Positions 32,493 through 40,820 of a stretch of 52,130 nt of DNA are shown in pieces. A program made the position numbers and the translations under genes. The notes below the pieces were generated by a model. The model was not told the DNA's origin. It worked only from the letters and a program-made list of their open reading frames with translations, and searched no databases. The stretch comes from Candidatus Curtissbacteria bacterium (GTDB lineage: Bacteria > Patescibacteriota > Microgenomatia > Curtissbacterales > GWA2-41-24): contig JACPKK010000001.1 of NCBI GenBank assembly GCA_016187105.1, positions 1 to 52,130 of the forward strand, in the 5' to 3' direction. How positions within the stretch are numbered: the stretch's first letter is position 1; the number at the start of each line of letters is the position of its first letter.

Positions 32493-33789
32493 TTACCCTT
32501 TCTAATGTTTCCTCTTTTCCGATAATGCTCACTGACTCTGGTAACGGCGGAGTAACAAGATTTCCAAATGTAGCAACACCTAAACTCCTGTATAGATCTT
32601 TTGTTTCTACGCTATGCACTCTTGCGAATTCTGCTGTTCCTGCCCGTATCATGTCAGGATTCCAATCAATCTTTTCTAAGTCTTTTGCATATTGACTAAT
32701 AGTCGCTCCAGAGAGGGGGGCGGCTTTGATTACAGGATTGGTCAAGGGTGGCTTTTTATAGAATGAATCAGCCAATTTGGGAAAATCAGCTATTGATCCT
32801 ATTCGTCCTTGTACCAGCGGTATCACGCTCAACGTTACTTTCGAAGCATATGCATGAGGGAATTTGTCATTCAGTTTTTTATAAAAATCGTTTGGCGATA
32901 GTTTTTTCAACCACTGTTGATTGAACCATTGCAGTTTTTCCAAGTTAAAAATCGGGCTGTTTTTGTTGAGGCGGTCGAGCGAGAATTCACTGACCAGCTC
33001 ATCCAGAGTAAACAGCTCCCTGTCGCCTTTCGGGGCCCAGCCCAAAAGCGCTAAAAAGTTAACGATCGCTTCCGGCAGATATCCTTCTTCGACGTACTCG
33101 ATGACGGATTTTGCGCCGCCTCTCTTGGAAAGTTTTGTGTGGCCTGACCCGAGAATCGGCGGGAGGTGGACGAAATGGGGATGCTTCCATCCAAACGCTT
33201 CGTAAAGAAGAAGGTGTTTCGGTGTTGAAGAAATCCATTCATCACCGCGCATGACGTGGGAAATTTCTAAATCGTGGTCATCGACGACAGAAGCAAAATG
33301 ATAAGTGGGGAAACCGTCGGATTTTACGATTACAAAATCTTCGATAACGTCTGAAGAAAACTTAACCGGCCCATGAACAACATCATTCCAAGTAAGATTT
33401 TTACCTTTTTCGACTTTGAAGCGCCAGGCGCCTTGATCTTCGTAAGCAAGTTTCTTAACTTTGAGAATCTCGAGGTGCTTATTGTAGATGTCGAGCCGTT
33501 TTGATTGGTGTTCTTCTTCATCCCATTTTAGATTAAGCAGAATAAGGCTTTCTTTTATTTTGTCTACGGATTCGGGAACGAGACGGGCACGATCGGTATC
33601 CTCGATACGCAGCAAAAACTCTCCGCCTTGGTTTTTAGCAAAAAGGTAGTTAAAAAGGGCGGTACGAATATTGCCAATATGGGGAATTCCGGTTGGCGAA
33701 GGGGCGTATCGAACACGAATCCCTCGACCCTTCGACGAACTCAGGGTCTCGATGACTCGACTTCGCTCGGAACCAATGGCTTTAGACAT
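32467..33789 (-). CDS. gltX: Glutamyl-tRNA synthetase with a repeat-derived N-terminal extension
   Basis: IRVRYAPSPTGIPHIGNIRTALFNYLFAK..GGEFLLRIEDTDRAR and KLSKRGG. The first ~20 codons (MSKAIGSERSRVIETLSSSKGRG) are built from repeat modules. Confidence 0.9.
   Translation of the reverse strand: MSKAIGSERSRVIETLSSSKGRGIRVRYAPSPTGIPHIGNIRTALFNYLFAKNQGGEFLLRIEDTDRARLVPESVDKIKESLILLNLKWDEEEHQSKRLDIYNKHLEILKVKKLAYEDQGAWRFKVEKGKNLTWNDVVHGPVKFSSDVIEDFVIVKSDGFPTYHFASVVDDHDLEISHVMRGDEWISSTPKHLLLYEAFGWKHPHFVHLPPILGSGHTKLSKRGGAKSVIEYVEEGYLPEAIVNFLALLGWAPKGDRELFTLDELVSEFSLDRLNKNSPIFNLEKLQWFNQQWLKKLSPNDFYKKLNDKFPHAYASKVTLSVIPLVQGRIGSIADFPKLADSFYKKPPLTNPVIKAAPLSGATISQYAKDLEKIDWNPDMIRAGTAEFARVHSVETKDLYRSLGVATFGNLVTPPLPESVSIIGKEETLERVSELAKKKK
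33740..33770. repeat. Repeat modules in the gltX 5' end (CTCAGGGTCTCGATGACTCGACTT plus CTCGACTTCGCTCGG)
   Basis: It shares 23/24 nt with 20356..20379 and a 14-mer with 11281..11294. Confidence 0.75.
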
Positions 33790-34807
33790 GTTAGAATTGT
33801 ATCACTGGATGGTTACTCTAACCAAGTTTGCTTATTTTTTCAAAAAAGGATCAGTTTGGGCCGCTTTGGGGCTGGCGATTATAGCGCTTCTTTTGATAAT
33901 AGCGGCGTTTGGCAAAAATATTAGGACTCTGGTCTTTGAGCCAAAGGCGCTTCCTGCATCGGTAGCATTCGGGAAATTGCCAAAGATCGATTTTTCGGAA
34001 GGGGTTAAACCGCAAGGAAGGATAACTTACAAGCTTGAAACAATTAGCGGCGATTTGCCAAAATTGCCCGGAACGGCAAAAGTTTTTGCAATTAGGTCGG
34101 AAGGTTTATCTTTTGGCCGGATTGAAGATATTAAAAGGAGGGCACAACAACTCGGTTTTAACAATCAGCCAAATATTACACCCGGCGGATTTTTAAGTTT
34201 TGTTGACCCTAATGACAATAAAAGGTTTCTTAGCATGTACGATACGAACGGCAGTATCTCGTACGTCATAATTCTAAATAATCAAGAGATGGCGGCGGTT
34301 CAAAAGCCAAAAAACAGTCAGGATGCGCTTCGGCTTGCCTTAGATTTCCTATCCAAATTAAATTTAAACCGCAATGAGTTTCCTAATAGTAAAGATGTAA
34401 ATTCGCAGGCGGACGCGAATTTGGTGAGAGTGAATTTTTATAGAGCAGATTTAGATAAATTACCCGTTTTGCCAATGCTTCAAGATCCAGCAAAGGGTAA
34501 GGTCTGGGTATTGATTGGGAATGATAAAGTCCTTGCAGCAAAGATGGAAATCTATAATCTTGAAAGGTTTACGTTTGCCACCTATCCGCTGAAGGGAGTT
34601 GCTAAAGCATATGAAGAGCTGCAAAATGGCCAAGGGGTGTTTAACACGAGTCCCGACTTGGACACTATGGAAATAACGAGCGTTGGCTTGGGTTACGTTG
34701 AAAGCAGTAAAACAGATGGTTTTTTAGAACCGGTTTATATTTTCGGCACCTTGGGAAATCTGAAAGCGTTTGTTAGTGCGGTTGATGATTCCTGGATTTC
34801 TAAGTAG
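33788..34807 (+). CDS. Membrane-anchored hypothetical protein
   Basis: The start was chosen at ATG 33788 (MLELYHWMVTLTKF...); 33809 is also possible. The track start at 33671 would run antisense through gltX. One TM segment, then a soluble domain. Confidence 0.5.
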   Translation: MLELYHWMVTLTKFAYFFKKGSVWAALGLAIIALLLIIAAFGKNIRTLVFEPKALPASVAFGKLPKIDFSEGVKPQGRITYKLETISGDLPKLPGTAKVFAIRSEGLSFGRIEDIKRRAQQLGFNNQPNITPGGFLSFVDPNDNKRFLSMYDTNGSISYVIILNNQEMAAVQKPKNSQDALRLALDFLSKLNLNRNEFPNSKDVNSQADANLVRVNFYRADLDKLPVLPMLQDPAKGKVWVLIGNDKVLAAKMEIYNLERFTFATYPLKGVAKAYEELQNGQGVFNTSPDLDTMEITSVGLGYVESSKTDGFLEPVYIFGTLGNLKAFVSAVDDSWISK

Positions 34808-34813
34808 GCCTCG

Positions 34814-35725
34814 CTAGGGTGAAATCCAATTGTGATTTTCGAAAGCCCAATCGATAAGCAAGCGGGTTTCGCCGAAGCGATCTTGAGACCCCAGTACGAC
34901 TATAATAATTGTGTTGCCGCTACGGGTGACTTTCGTGACTAGATTTTCAAGCGACCCTTCGGTTTGGCCTGTTTTAACTCCTTCAACGCCGGGGACTGTT
35001 CCCAGAAGCTCGTTAATATTCTCAAGATAATAGGGTTTGGTAGCGGTAGCGTCGGTTACAACAATACTTCTGGTGGCCACGATTTTGGAAATTAGAGGAT
35101 TGGCAACTGCGGCACGAGATAATTTTGTGAGATCGCGGGCAGTTGAGTATTGGAATTTGCTGTCAAAACCGGCGGGGTTTTCAAAATGGGTACTTAGCAT
35201 GCCAAGATTTTTGGCCTTTTTATTCATCTGGGCGATAAAATCCCGATACGAATCGGTGCATGAATAAGCCAGTACGAAAGCGGCGTCATTGGCGGAAGGA
35301 ACCAAAAGTCCGTAAAGTAAACTTTCGATAGTCAGAGTGTCGCCCGCGACAAGGCCCATTTTTGTCCCTTCCGGTTCAACATAGCCTACCTGAACTACCT
35401 GTTGAGGAAGACAATGTTCTAGGGAAACTAGGGCCGTCATGAGTTTTGTGGTTGATGCAGGCAGGTGCTTAAGATCCGGATTTTTTTCAAAAAGAATCAC
35501 GCCGGTTTTATTATCGATAACTGTAGCTGCCTGGGCGGTGAGGTCGGGAGCATTTTTAAAGCTTGAAACAGCAACCGGGTAAGGTTCAAGCTGCGAGGAA
35601 TCGGAGACATCAATTTTTTGAATCGTTTTTGTAAAGGGAAAAGTACGGGAATATTGCGGCAGGATAAAAAAAGAGGCCGCGATAGCCAGAATTAAGGCCG
35701 CAATAAAAATTTGGGGCAGTTTCAC
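34814..35725 (-). CDS. D-alanyl-D-alanine carboxypeptidase (serine peptidase S11, PBP5-like)
   Basis: It has SxxK (PASTTKLMT), SxN (PSANDAA) and KTG (VKTGQT), with an N-terminal anchor. Confidence 0.8.
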   Translation of the reverse strand: MKLPQIFIAALILAIAASFFILPQYSRTFPFTKTIQKIDVSDSSQLEPYPVAVSSFKNAPDLTAQAATVIDNKTGVILFEKNPDLKHLPASTTKLMTALVSLEHCLPQQVVQVGYVEPEGTKMGLVAGDTLTIESLLYGLLVPSANDAAFVLAYSCTDSYRDFIAQMNKKAKNLGMLSTHFENPAGFDSKFQYSTARDLTKLSRAAVANPLISKIVATRSIVVTDATATKPYYLENINELLGTVPGVEGVKTGQTEGSLENLVTKVTRSGNTIIIVVLGSQDRFGETRLLIDWAFENHNWISP

Positions 35726-37059
35726 TTTGGTTTTTCAACTTTGGACAGGCGAATATCTACCCTATCCATATCCCTTGGGAACAGTGACGCTTCGCGGATA
35801 TTGGAAAGACCTAAAATATTCATGGTTATTCTTTCTGCGCCGAATGAAAATCCGCCTTCCGGCGGCATACCGTATTTAAAGGCCATAAGATACATCTCAA
35901 AATCACCAGGGTTCATTCCCCGACTTTTTATACTTGCTAACAACTCTCCATAATCATTAATTCTTTGACTACCGCTTGCGACTTCAACACCCCTGAAAAG
36001 GAGATCGTAACTTAAAGATAACTTAGGATTTTCGGAATCCGGCTCGGTGTAAAACGGTTTGGCGGCAGTTGGAAAATGGGTAACGGTGACAAAATCGCTT
36101 TTGTGAATTCCTGCTGCCCACCTGCAAAGATCGGTCTCGTCTTGCGGCGTCAGATCTTTTTCCTTGGTGTTGTCCCTTTTAAATTCTTTTTTAATGATTT
36201 CTTGAGCTTCGCGCAGTGTAAGTCTGGGGATTTTGCCAAATGCTATCTTTTTATGACCTAATGAATCTAGATCTTCTTTCGACTCGCTTTCGGCGTACTT
36301 TATTGTTTGGCAGGCAACTTTTTCCAAAAGATCCAAAAGGTCGTTAAAATCTACAAAACCAATCTCGCAATCCATTTGGGTGACTTCTGACAAATGTCTT
36401 GTGGTCACCGAAGGCTCGGCACGATATGCTTTGGTCACGGTAAAGACTCTTTCAAAAACGGGGATAAGCATCTGTTTGTAAAGCTGGGGGCTTTGGGTAA
36501 GGTATGCACTGCGGCCGTAGTAATCGACTTTAAAAACTTCTGCCCCGCCTTCGGTTGCGGAGACGGCGATGGTGGGGATAACTATTTCGGTGCAACCTAT
36601 TTCTTGTGCGGCAATTCTGAAGCCTTCTAAAACTTTCGCCTGGACTTTAAAGATTGCTTTAACTTTGGGGTGCCGCAGTGTCAGAGACCGAAAATCCAGA
36701 AGGGTCGGCAGTTCCAGGCCGAGAGTTTCTGCGCCCATATCAAAAGGCAGCTCTTGAGATTTTGCTAACACTTCCAGTTTGTGACTTTTTATCTCTATCT
36801 CGCCTGTTTTAATCTTTTTGTTAACCATTTGCGGCGGACGTTTTTGCACGGTGCCTTCAACCTTGACGACGTATTGGGGCTTGAGCGATGCGATTGCTTC
36901 CCCGGCGCCTACGATCTGGACTGTACCAGTGTAGTCATGAACGTCTATAAAAGTTATTTTTCCATGATCACGTTTGGTATCCACCCAGCCCGAGATTTCG
37001 ACTTTCTCCCCAATCTTTTTGGAAGTGTCAGCGATTAAAGTCCTTTGCATAGTTTGCAT
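35722..37059 (-). CDS. aspS: Aspartyl-tRNA synthetase, archaeal/eukaryal-type (short form)
   Basis: 445 aa with an OB-fold N-terminus. Motifs: YLTQSPQLYKQML, FRAEPS.T.RHL.E, GSQRIN, GGFSFGAERI. Confidence 0.85.
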   Translation of the reverse strand: MQTMQRTLIADTSKKIGEKVEISGWVDTKRDHGKITFIDVHDYTGTVQIVGAGEAIASLKPQYVVKVEGTVQKRPPQMVNKKIKTGEIEIKSHKLEVLAKSQELPFDMGAETLGLELPTLLDFRSLTLRHPKVKAIFKVQAKVLEGFRIAAQEIGCTEIVIPTIAVSATEGGAEVFKVDYYGRSAYLTQSPQLYKQMLIPVFERVFTVTKAYRAEPSVTTRHLSEVTQMDCEIGFVDFNDLLDLLEKVACQTIKYAESESKEDLDSLGHKKIAFGKIPRLTLREAQEIIKKEFKRDNTKEKDLTPQDETDLCRWAAGIHKSDFVTVTHFPTAAKPFYTEPDSENPKLSLSYDLLFRGVEVASGSQRINDYGELLASIKSRGMNPGDFEMYLMAFKYGMPPEGGFSFGAERITMNILGLSNIREASLFPRDMDRVDIRLSKVEKPK

Positions 37060-37089
37060 AGCTTGATTCTAACTTATTGATTCTTCGTT

Positions 37090-37127
37090 GTCATTCTGGG
37101 GACGAGCGGAGCGAGGACTCCAGAATC
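37090..37127 (+). repeat. Type E hairpin repeat GTCATTCTGGGGACGAGCGGAGCGAGGACTCCAGAATC
   Basis: Its termini (GTCATTCTGG...CCAGAATC) match those of the reverse-complemented type A element. Confidence 0.75.
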
Positions 37128-37138
37128 AAATCTATTCA

Positions 37139-37212
37139 GATTCTGGACGAGCCCTTCGATTACACTCAGGGCAGTTGAAGGGCAGTGAGTTATATCGAAC
37201 TGCCAGAATGAC
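37139..37212 (+). repeat. 74-nt TIR repeat, type A, copy 3
   Basis: See 5436..5509. It lies between the recJ stop and the aspS start. Confidence 0.85.
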
Positions 37213-37244
37213 GGAAAGGTTTTCGATACTTTTTCATTGTAGTC

Positions 37245-38876
37245 CTAATTTTTAATTTTTAGGTCTTTGAGTTTCAGCTGAAGGCCGCCATTTCCTGCGT
37301 ATCTATCCTCGGCGATATTGTAAACCAGGTCGACTAAATAGCCGGGGCGAAGATTGGCGCCGAGTGCGCCCATATTAAAACCGATTGCCGAGAAGCCGTT
37401 TGCCTGAAGCTTGAGGTGGTCGTTTGCGGCACCAACAGTGCGTACATCTTCAAGGAGCATATTTTTTGTTAGAAAAATTGGATGGGGATTAGCTACTCCG
37501 AAGGGCTCGAATAATTTGATTTGTTTAAGCGCGTGGTTATTGATGTCGGCTGTTTCGAGTTGACATTCGATCTCAACTTGCGGCGTCAAAAGTTCTTCGG
37601 TAATTAAGCTTCTCGAATGCTTATTAATTTTTGCGGAGAACGCTTCGATATGCCTTGTCTCGATGGTAAAACCGGCCGCCATCGGATGGCCGCCGGCATC
37701 GACTAAAAATTCGCTGGAGGCGCGGATGGCTTCGACGATGTTAAAGCCAGGAATGGAACGGGCAGAGCCTTTGGAATAAACTTCTCCTTTGGCTATGACA
37801 ATCATCGGCTTTTTGTACGTTTCGACCAGCCGCGATGCCACAAGACCGATAATGCCTTCGTGCCAATCGACGCTGGCTATGACGCCGACGACATGATCTT
37901 CGTGAATAAAGGTCAGCGCATGGGAAATTGCCTTGGTTGTCAGGTCTTGCCTTTTGGTGTTGGTTTTGGAAAGCAGCTGGGCAAGCGTGTCTGCTTGGGA
38001 TTGACTTTTAGCACAAAGAAGGCGCAAAGAATCTAAGCCGTGTTCGATTCGGCCCATGGCGTTAATGCGCGGAGCCAGAATGTGGCCGATTTCGTAAGTA
38101 CCAACTGAACCGTTAATATGAGATGCGCGAATTAGGGCTTTGATACCGGGCCTTTTGGTTTTAGCCATTTTTTCAAGGCCGATTTTGACAATAGCCCGAC
38201 TGCCACCTGAAAGCGGGACAAGATCGGCAATGGTGGCAAGGGCAGCCAGTTCTAATTTTTCCAGAAGTTTTTCGTGATAATCCTTTTTTAGCTTTTTTAC
38301 TATCTCCCAAGCAAAACGCCAAGAAACGCCGGCGCCGCAGAGATCGAGTGAGTGGACAAGGGCATAAGGTTTTGGAGGTTTTTGGGGCAAAGTGTGATGA
38401 TCGGTTATAACAACATCGACGCCCAGGCTTTTGGCGTGCTCTACCTGCTCGAGCGCGGTAACACCATGATCAACGGTGATGATTAGCGTGACTCCATCTT
38501 TGGCAAGATTTGAAATAGCCGGTTTGGACAAGCCGTAACCTTCTTTAATCCTGTGAGGAACATACGGCATGACGTCGGCACCCAGGTCGTAGAGTGTTTC
38601 CCAGAGGATTGCTGTTGCAGAAATGCCATCGGCATCGTAATCGGAATAGACAATAATTTTCTCTTTGTTAATTATGGCGTCGATAACCCTTTTGACGCCT
38701 TTTTCTGTTTGAGAAAGTTTGACGGTTAGGATTTGGTCGAGCGTCGGATTTAAGAAATCGTGCAGTTTTTGTGGCGTTACAAGTCCCCTATTTTTGGCCA
38801 GGGTTTTTGTTAACCATACGCTTCCAGTTTTGTTAGGATTTTTCTCTTTGACCTTCCAAACCGTATCGTTCATCAA
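37245..38876 (-). CDS. recJ: Single-stranded-DNA-specific exonuclease RecJ
   Basis: 543 aa. DHH motifs: YSDYDADGISA, TVDHG, VVITDHH. It also has the DHHA1 motif GGHPMAAG. Confidence 0.9.
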   Translation of the reverse strand: MMNDTVWKVKEKNPNKTGSVWLTKTLAKNRGLVTPQKLHDFLNPTLDQILTVKLSQTEKGVKRVIDAIINKEKIIVYSDYDADGISATAILWETLYDLGADVMPYVPHRIKEGYGLSKPAISNLAKDGVTLIITVDHGVTALEQVEHAKSLGVDVVITDHHTLPQKPPKPYALVHSLDLCGAGVSWRFAWEIVKKLKKDYHEKLLEKLELAALATIADLVPLSGGSRAIVKIGLEKMAKTKRPGIKALIRASHINGSVGTYEIGHILAPRINAMGRIEHGLDSLRLLCAKSQSQADTLAQLLSKTNTKRQDLTTKAISHALTFIHEDHVVGVIASVDWHEGIIGLVASRLVETYKKPMIVIAKGEVYSKGSARSIPGFNIVEAIRASSEFLVDAGGHPMAAGFTIETRHIEAFSAKINKHSRSLITEELLTPQVEIECQLETADINNHALKQIKLFEPFGVANPHPIFLTKNMLLEDVRTVGAANDHLKLQANGFSAIGFNMGALGANLRPGYLVDLVYNIAEDRYAGNGGLQLKLKDLKIKN

Positions 38877-38889
38877 GCCATTTTAGCAA

Positions 38890-38911
38890 ATTCTGGACGA
38901 GCCAGAATGAC
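38890..38911 (+). repeat. Minimal TIR repeat (ATTCTGGACGAGCCAGAATGAC; type A termini without the core)
   Basis: Read directly from the sequence. Confidence 0.65.
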
Positions 38912-38925
38912 CGGTTTCTTACTTT

Positions 38926-38957
38926 GTCATTCTGGGGAGCGGAGCGACTCCGGAATC
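38926..38957 (+). repeat. Type E hairpin repeat GTCATTCTGGGGAGCGGAGCGACTCCGGAATC
   Basis: Related to 37090..37127. Confidence 0.7.
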
Positions 38958-38960
38958 TGT

Positions 38961-39015
38961 ATATCAGCAGGTCGCCTTGACACACTTCGTCGTGTCAATG
39001 GCGCTCCTCTGATAT
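38961..39015. repeat. Nested long hairpin (ATATCAG...TTGACAC-N8-GTGTCAA...CTGATAT)
   Basis: It has two perfect 7-bp stems nested inside one another. Confidence 0.6.
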
Positions 39016-39040
39016 ATCAGATTCGCCGAAAGGCGAAGGC

Positions 39041-39049
39041 TGATATAAT
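39041..39049 (+). promoter_or_regulatory. Extended -10 (TGATATAAT) 6 nt before the cca GTG start (leaderless candidate)
   Basis: The sequence reads gcTGaTATAATttagatGTG. Confidence 0.45.
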
Positions 39050-39055
39050 TTAGAT

Positions 39056-40396
39056 GTGATTGATAAAGATATTAAGCACATTCTTGATAAAATTGATAAG
39101 GCCGGGTTTGAGGCGGCTTTGGTTGGCGGCGGGGTACGTGATGTCTTGGCGGGTAAAAATATTTCCGACTGGGATTTGACGACAAACGCGAAACCGGAAG
39201 AGATTTTAAAGTTATTCCCAGAGGCTTTTTACAACAACCGCTTTGGGACGGTGGGAATTGCCAAGGACGGCAAAACGATTGTTGAGATCACGACTTGGCG
39301 AACGGAGGGGAAATATACAGATCTTCGCCATCCAGAGAAAGTTTCTTGGGGCAGGAGCCTTGAAGAAGATTTAAGACGAAGGGACTTTACAATTAACGCC
39401 GTGGCCCTTCGCTACGCTCAAGGTAAACTTAGCGAAGCGCCGGTTGATCCGTTTGGCGGACAAGATGATTTTAAAAATAAAATCATTAGAACTGTCGGGG
39501 ATCCCGACGAGCGGTTCGGCGAAGACGCTCTGCGGCTGCTTCGAGCGATCCGCTTTGCCGCGACACTCGGGTTTAAGATTGACAAGAATACCCTCAAGTC
39601 AATTAAGAAAAACGCAAAGTTGATTTCCAAAATCTCGGGCGAGCGGATCCGTGATGAGCTATTTAAAATCATCGAGAGTGAGGGAGCAGCGGATGGGGTT
39701 TTTCTGGCAAGAGAAGGCGGGATCCTTCCTGTAATTTTGCCGGAGCTGGACGTGTGTTTTGACGTACCGCAAAAAAGCCCGAAGAGGCACCACGTGTATG
39801 ACGTGGGAACTCACTGCGTGATGAGCATGCAGGAATGCCCTTCAAAAGATGTCATGACTCGTTTTGCGACGCTACTCCATGATGTTGGAAAAGCAAAAGT
39901 TGCCAAAACGATAGATGGCGTGCGGACTTTTTATAATCATGAAGTGGTTGGATCTCGACAAGCCAGTCAGATAGCTAGCCGACTCCATTTGTCGCGAGAG
40001 CAGAAAGATAAACTTTTTAAATTGGTGCGCTGGCATCAGTTCAGTGTCAACGAGAATCAGACAGACGCAGCAATTCGCAGATTTATTAGAAATGTAGGGC
40101 TGGAATATGTTGAGGATATGATGGATCTTCGGGTTGGCGACCGGCTGGGCGGCGGTTTGCAGCAGCCGGAATCTTGGAGGCTTAAACTCTTTAGACAGAA
40201 GATAAAAGATGTTTTGAAACAGCCGTTTACGGTAAAAGATTTAAAGATTGACGGAAATGACGTGATGCGCGAGCTTAACCTAAAACCCGGGCCAAAAGTT
40301 GGAGGGATTTTGAATAAACTTTTTGAAGAAGTACAGGAAGACCCAAAGAAGAATAAAAAAAAATATTTACTAACGGCGATTAGGTCCTTGTTGTGA
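39056..40396 (+). CDS. cca: CCA-adding tRNA nucleotidyltransferase with an HD domain
   Basis: 446 aa. Motifs: ALVGGGVRDVLAGK...DWDLTT, RDFTINA, LRAIRFAA, HDVGK. Confidence 0.85.
   Translation: MIDKDIKHILDKIDKAGFEAALVGGGVRDVLAGKNISDWDLTTNAKPEEILKLFPEAFYNNRFGTVGIAKDGKTIVEITTWRTEGKYTDLRHPEKVSWGRSLEEDLRRRDFTINAVALRYAQGKLSEAPVDPFGGQDDFKNKIIRTVGDPDERFGEDALRLLRAIRFAATLGFKIDKNTLKSIKKNAKLISKISGERIRDELFKIIESEGAADGVFLAREGGILPVILPELDVCFDVPQKSPKRHHVYDVGTHCVMSMQECPSKDVMTRFATLLHDVGKAKVAKTIDGVRTFYNHEVVGSRQASQIASRLHLSREQKDKLFKLVRWHQFSVNENQTDAAIRRFIRNVGLEYVEDMMDLRVGDRLGGGLQQPESWRLKLFRQKIKDVLKQPFTVKDLKIDGNDVMRELNLKPGPKVGGILNKLFEEVQEDPKKNKKKYLLTAIRSLL
39407..39437. repeat. PFD-type repeat-like hairpin inside cca (CTTCGCT-N17-AGCGAAG; encodes LRYAQGKLSEA)
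   Basis: GCCCTTCGCTACGCTCAAGG resembles the GAGCCCTTCGAyNAC.CTCAGG core of the intergenic repeats. Confidence 0.4.
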
Positions 40397-40783
40397 TTTC
40401 CAAACTTCAAGCCTGGCTCGCAAGCGGTCTTCTCTTGCCGTTTCTTCTAGATTCTTTAAATAGTTCCCATAACTATCTCTACTTGGGCTTAACATATTCA
40501 ACCTGTATGCATCCAGAATAGCTTGGCGTTGATGAGGCAAAGTGAGGTCTGGAAACCACGGGCGTTCTCTTAGAATTCTAAAAGCTCCGTTAACAGTTGG
40601 TATACGGAGACTACCATCTTCGCTTCTTAGGTTTAATAATTTCTCACCGATTTGACTGCCAACTTTAGCATACGCATCTCTAAGGTTATTTGCGTCAAAA
40701 ATTCTAACAAACTCTTCCTGCTCTTCCGGGGTAAGCTCCTGCCTTGGAGGAGGGTTTTTTTCGGCTTTGCTTTGGTCAGCCAT
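40370..40783 (-). CDS. Hypothetical protein
   Basis: 137 aa, hydrophilic, with no motif recognised. Its 3' end overlaps the cca 3' end by 27 nt (convergent). Confidence 0.4.
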   Translation of the reverse strand: MADQSKAEKNPPPRQELTPEEQEEFVRIFDANNLRDAYAKVGSQIGEKLLNLRSEDGSLRIPTVNGAFRILRERPWFPDLTLPHQRQAILDAYRLNMLSPSRDSYGNYLKNLEETAREDRLRARLEVWKSQQGPNRR

Positions 40784-40820
40784 AATAAAATTATATCAAA
40801 GAACTATTTTTTTTCTCAAA

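Noticed and set aside
33671-33787. N-terminal extension of ORF 33671..34807
   Set aside because: It would overlap the gltX 5' coding region antisense and is made of repeat sequence. An ATG at 33788 or 33809 precedes the TM segment.
37060-37244. T-box leaders upstream of aspS or gltX
   Set aside because: There is no specifier-loop or T-box (AGGGUGGUACCGCG-like) sequence. The spacers are occupied by TIR and type-E repeats.
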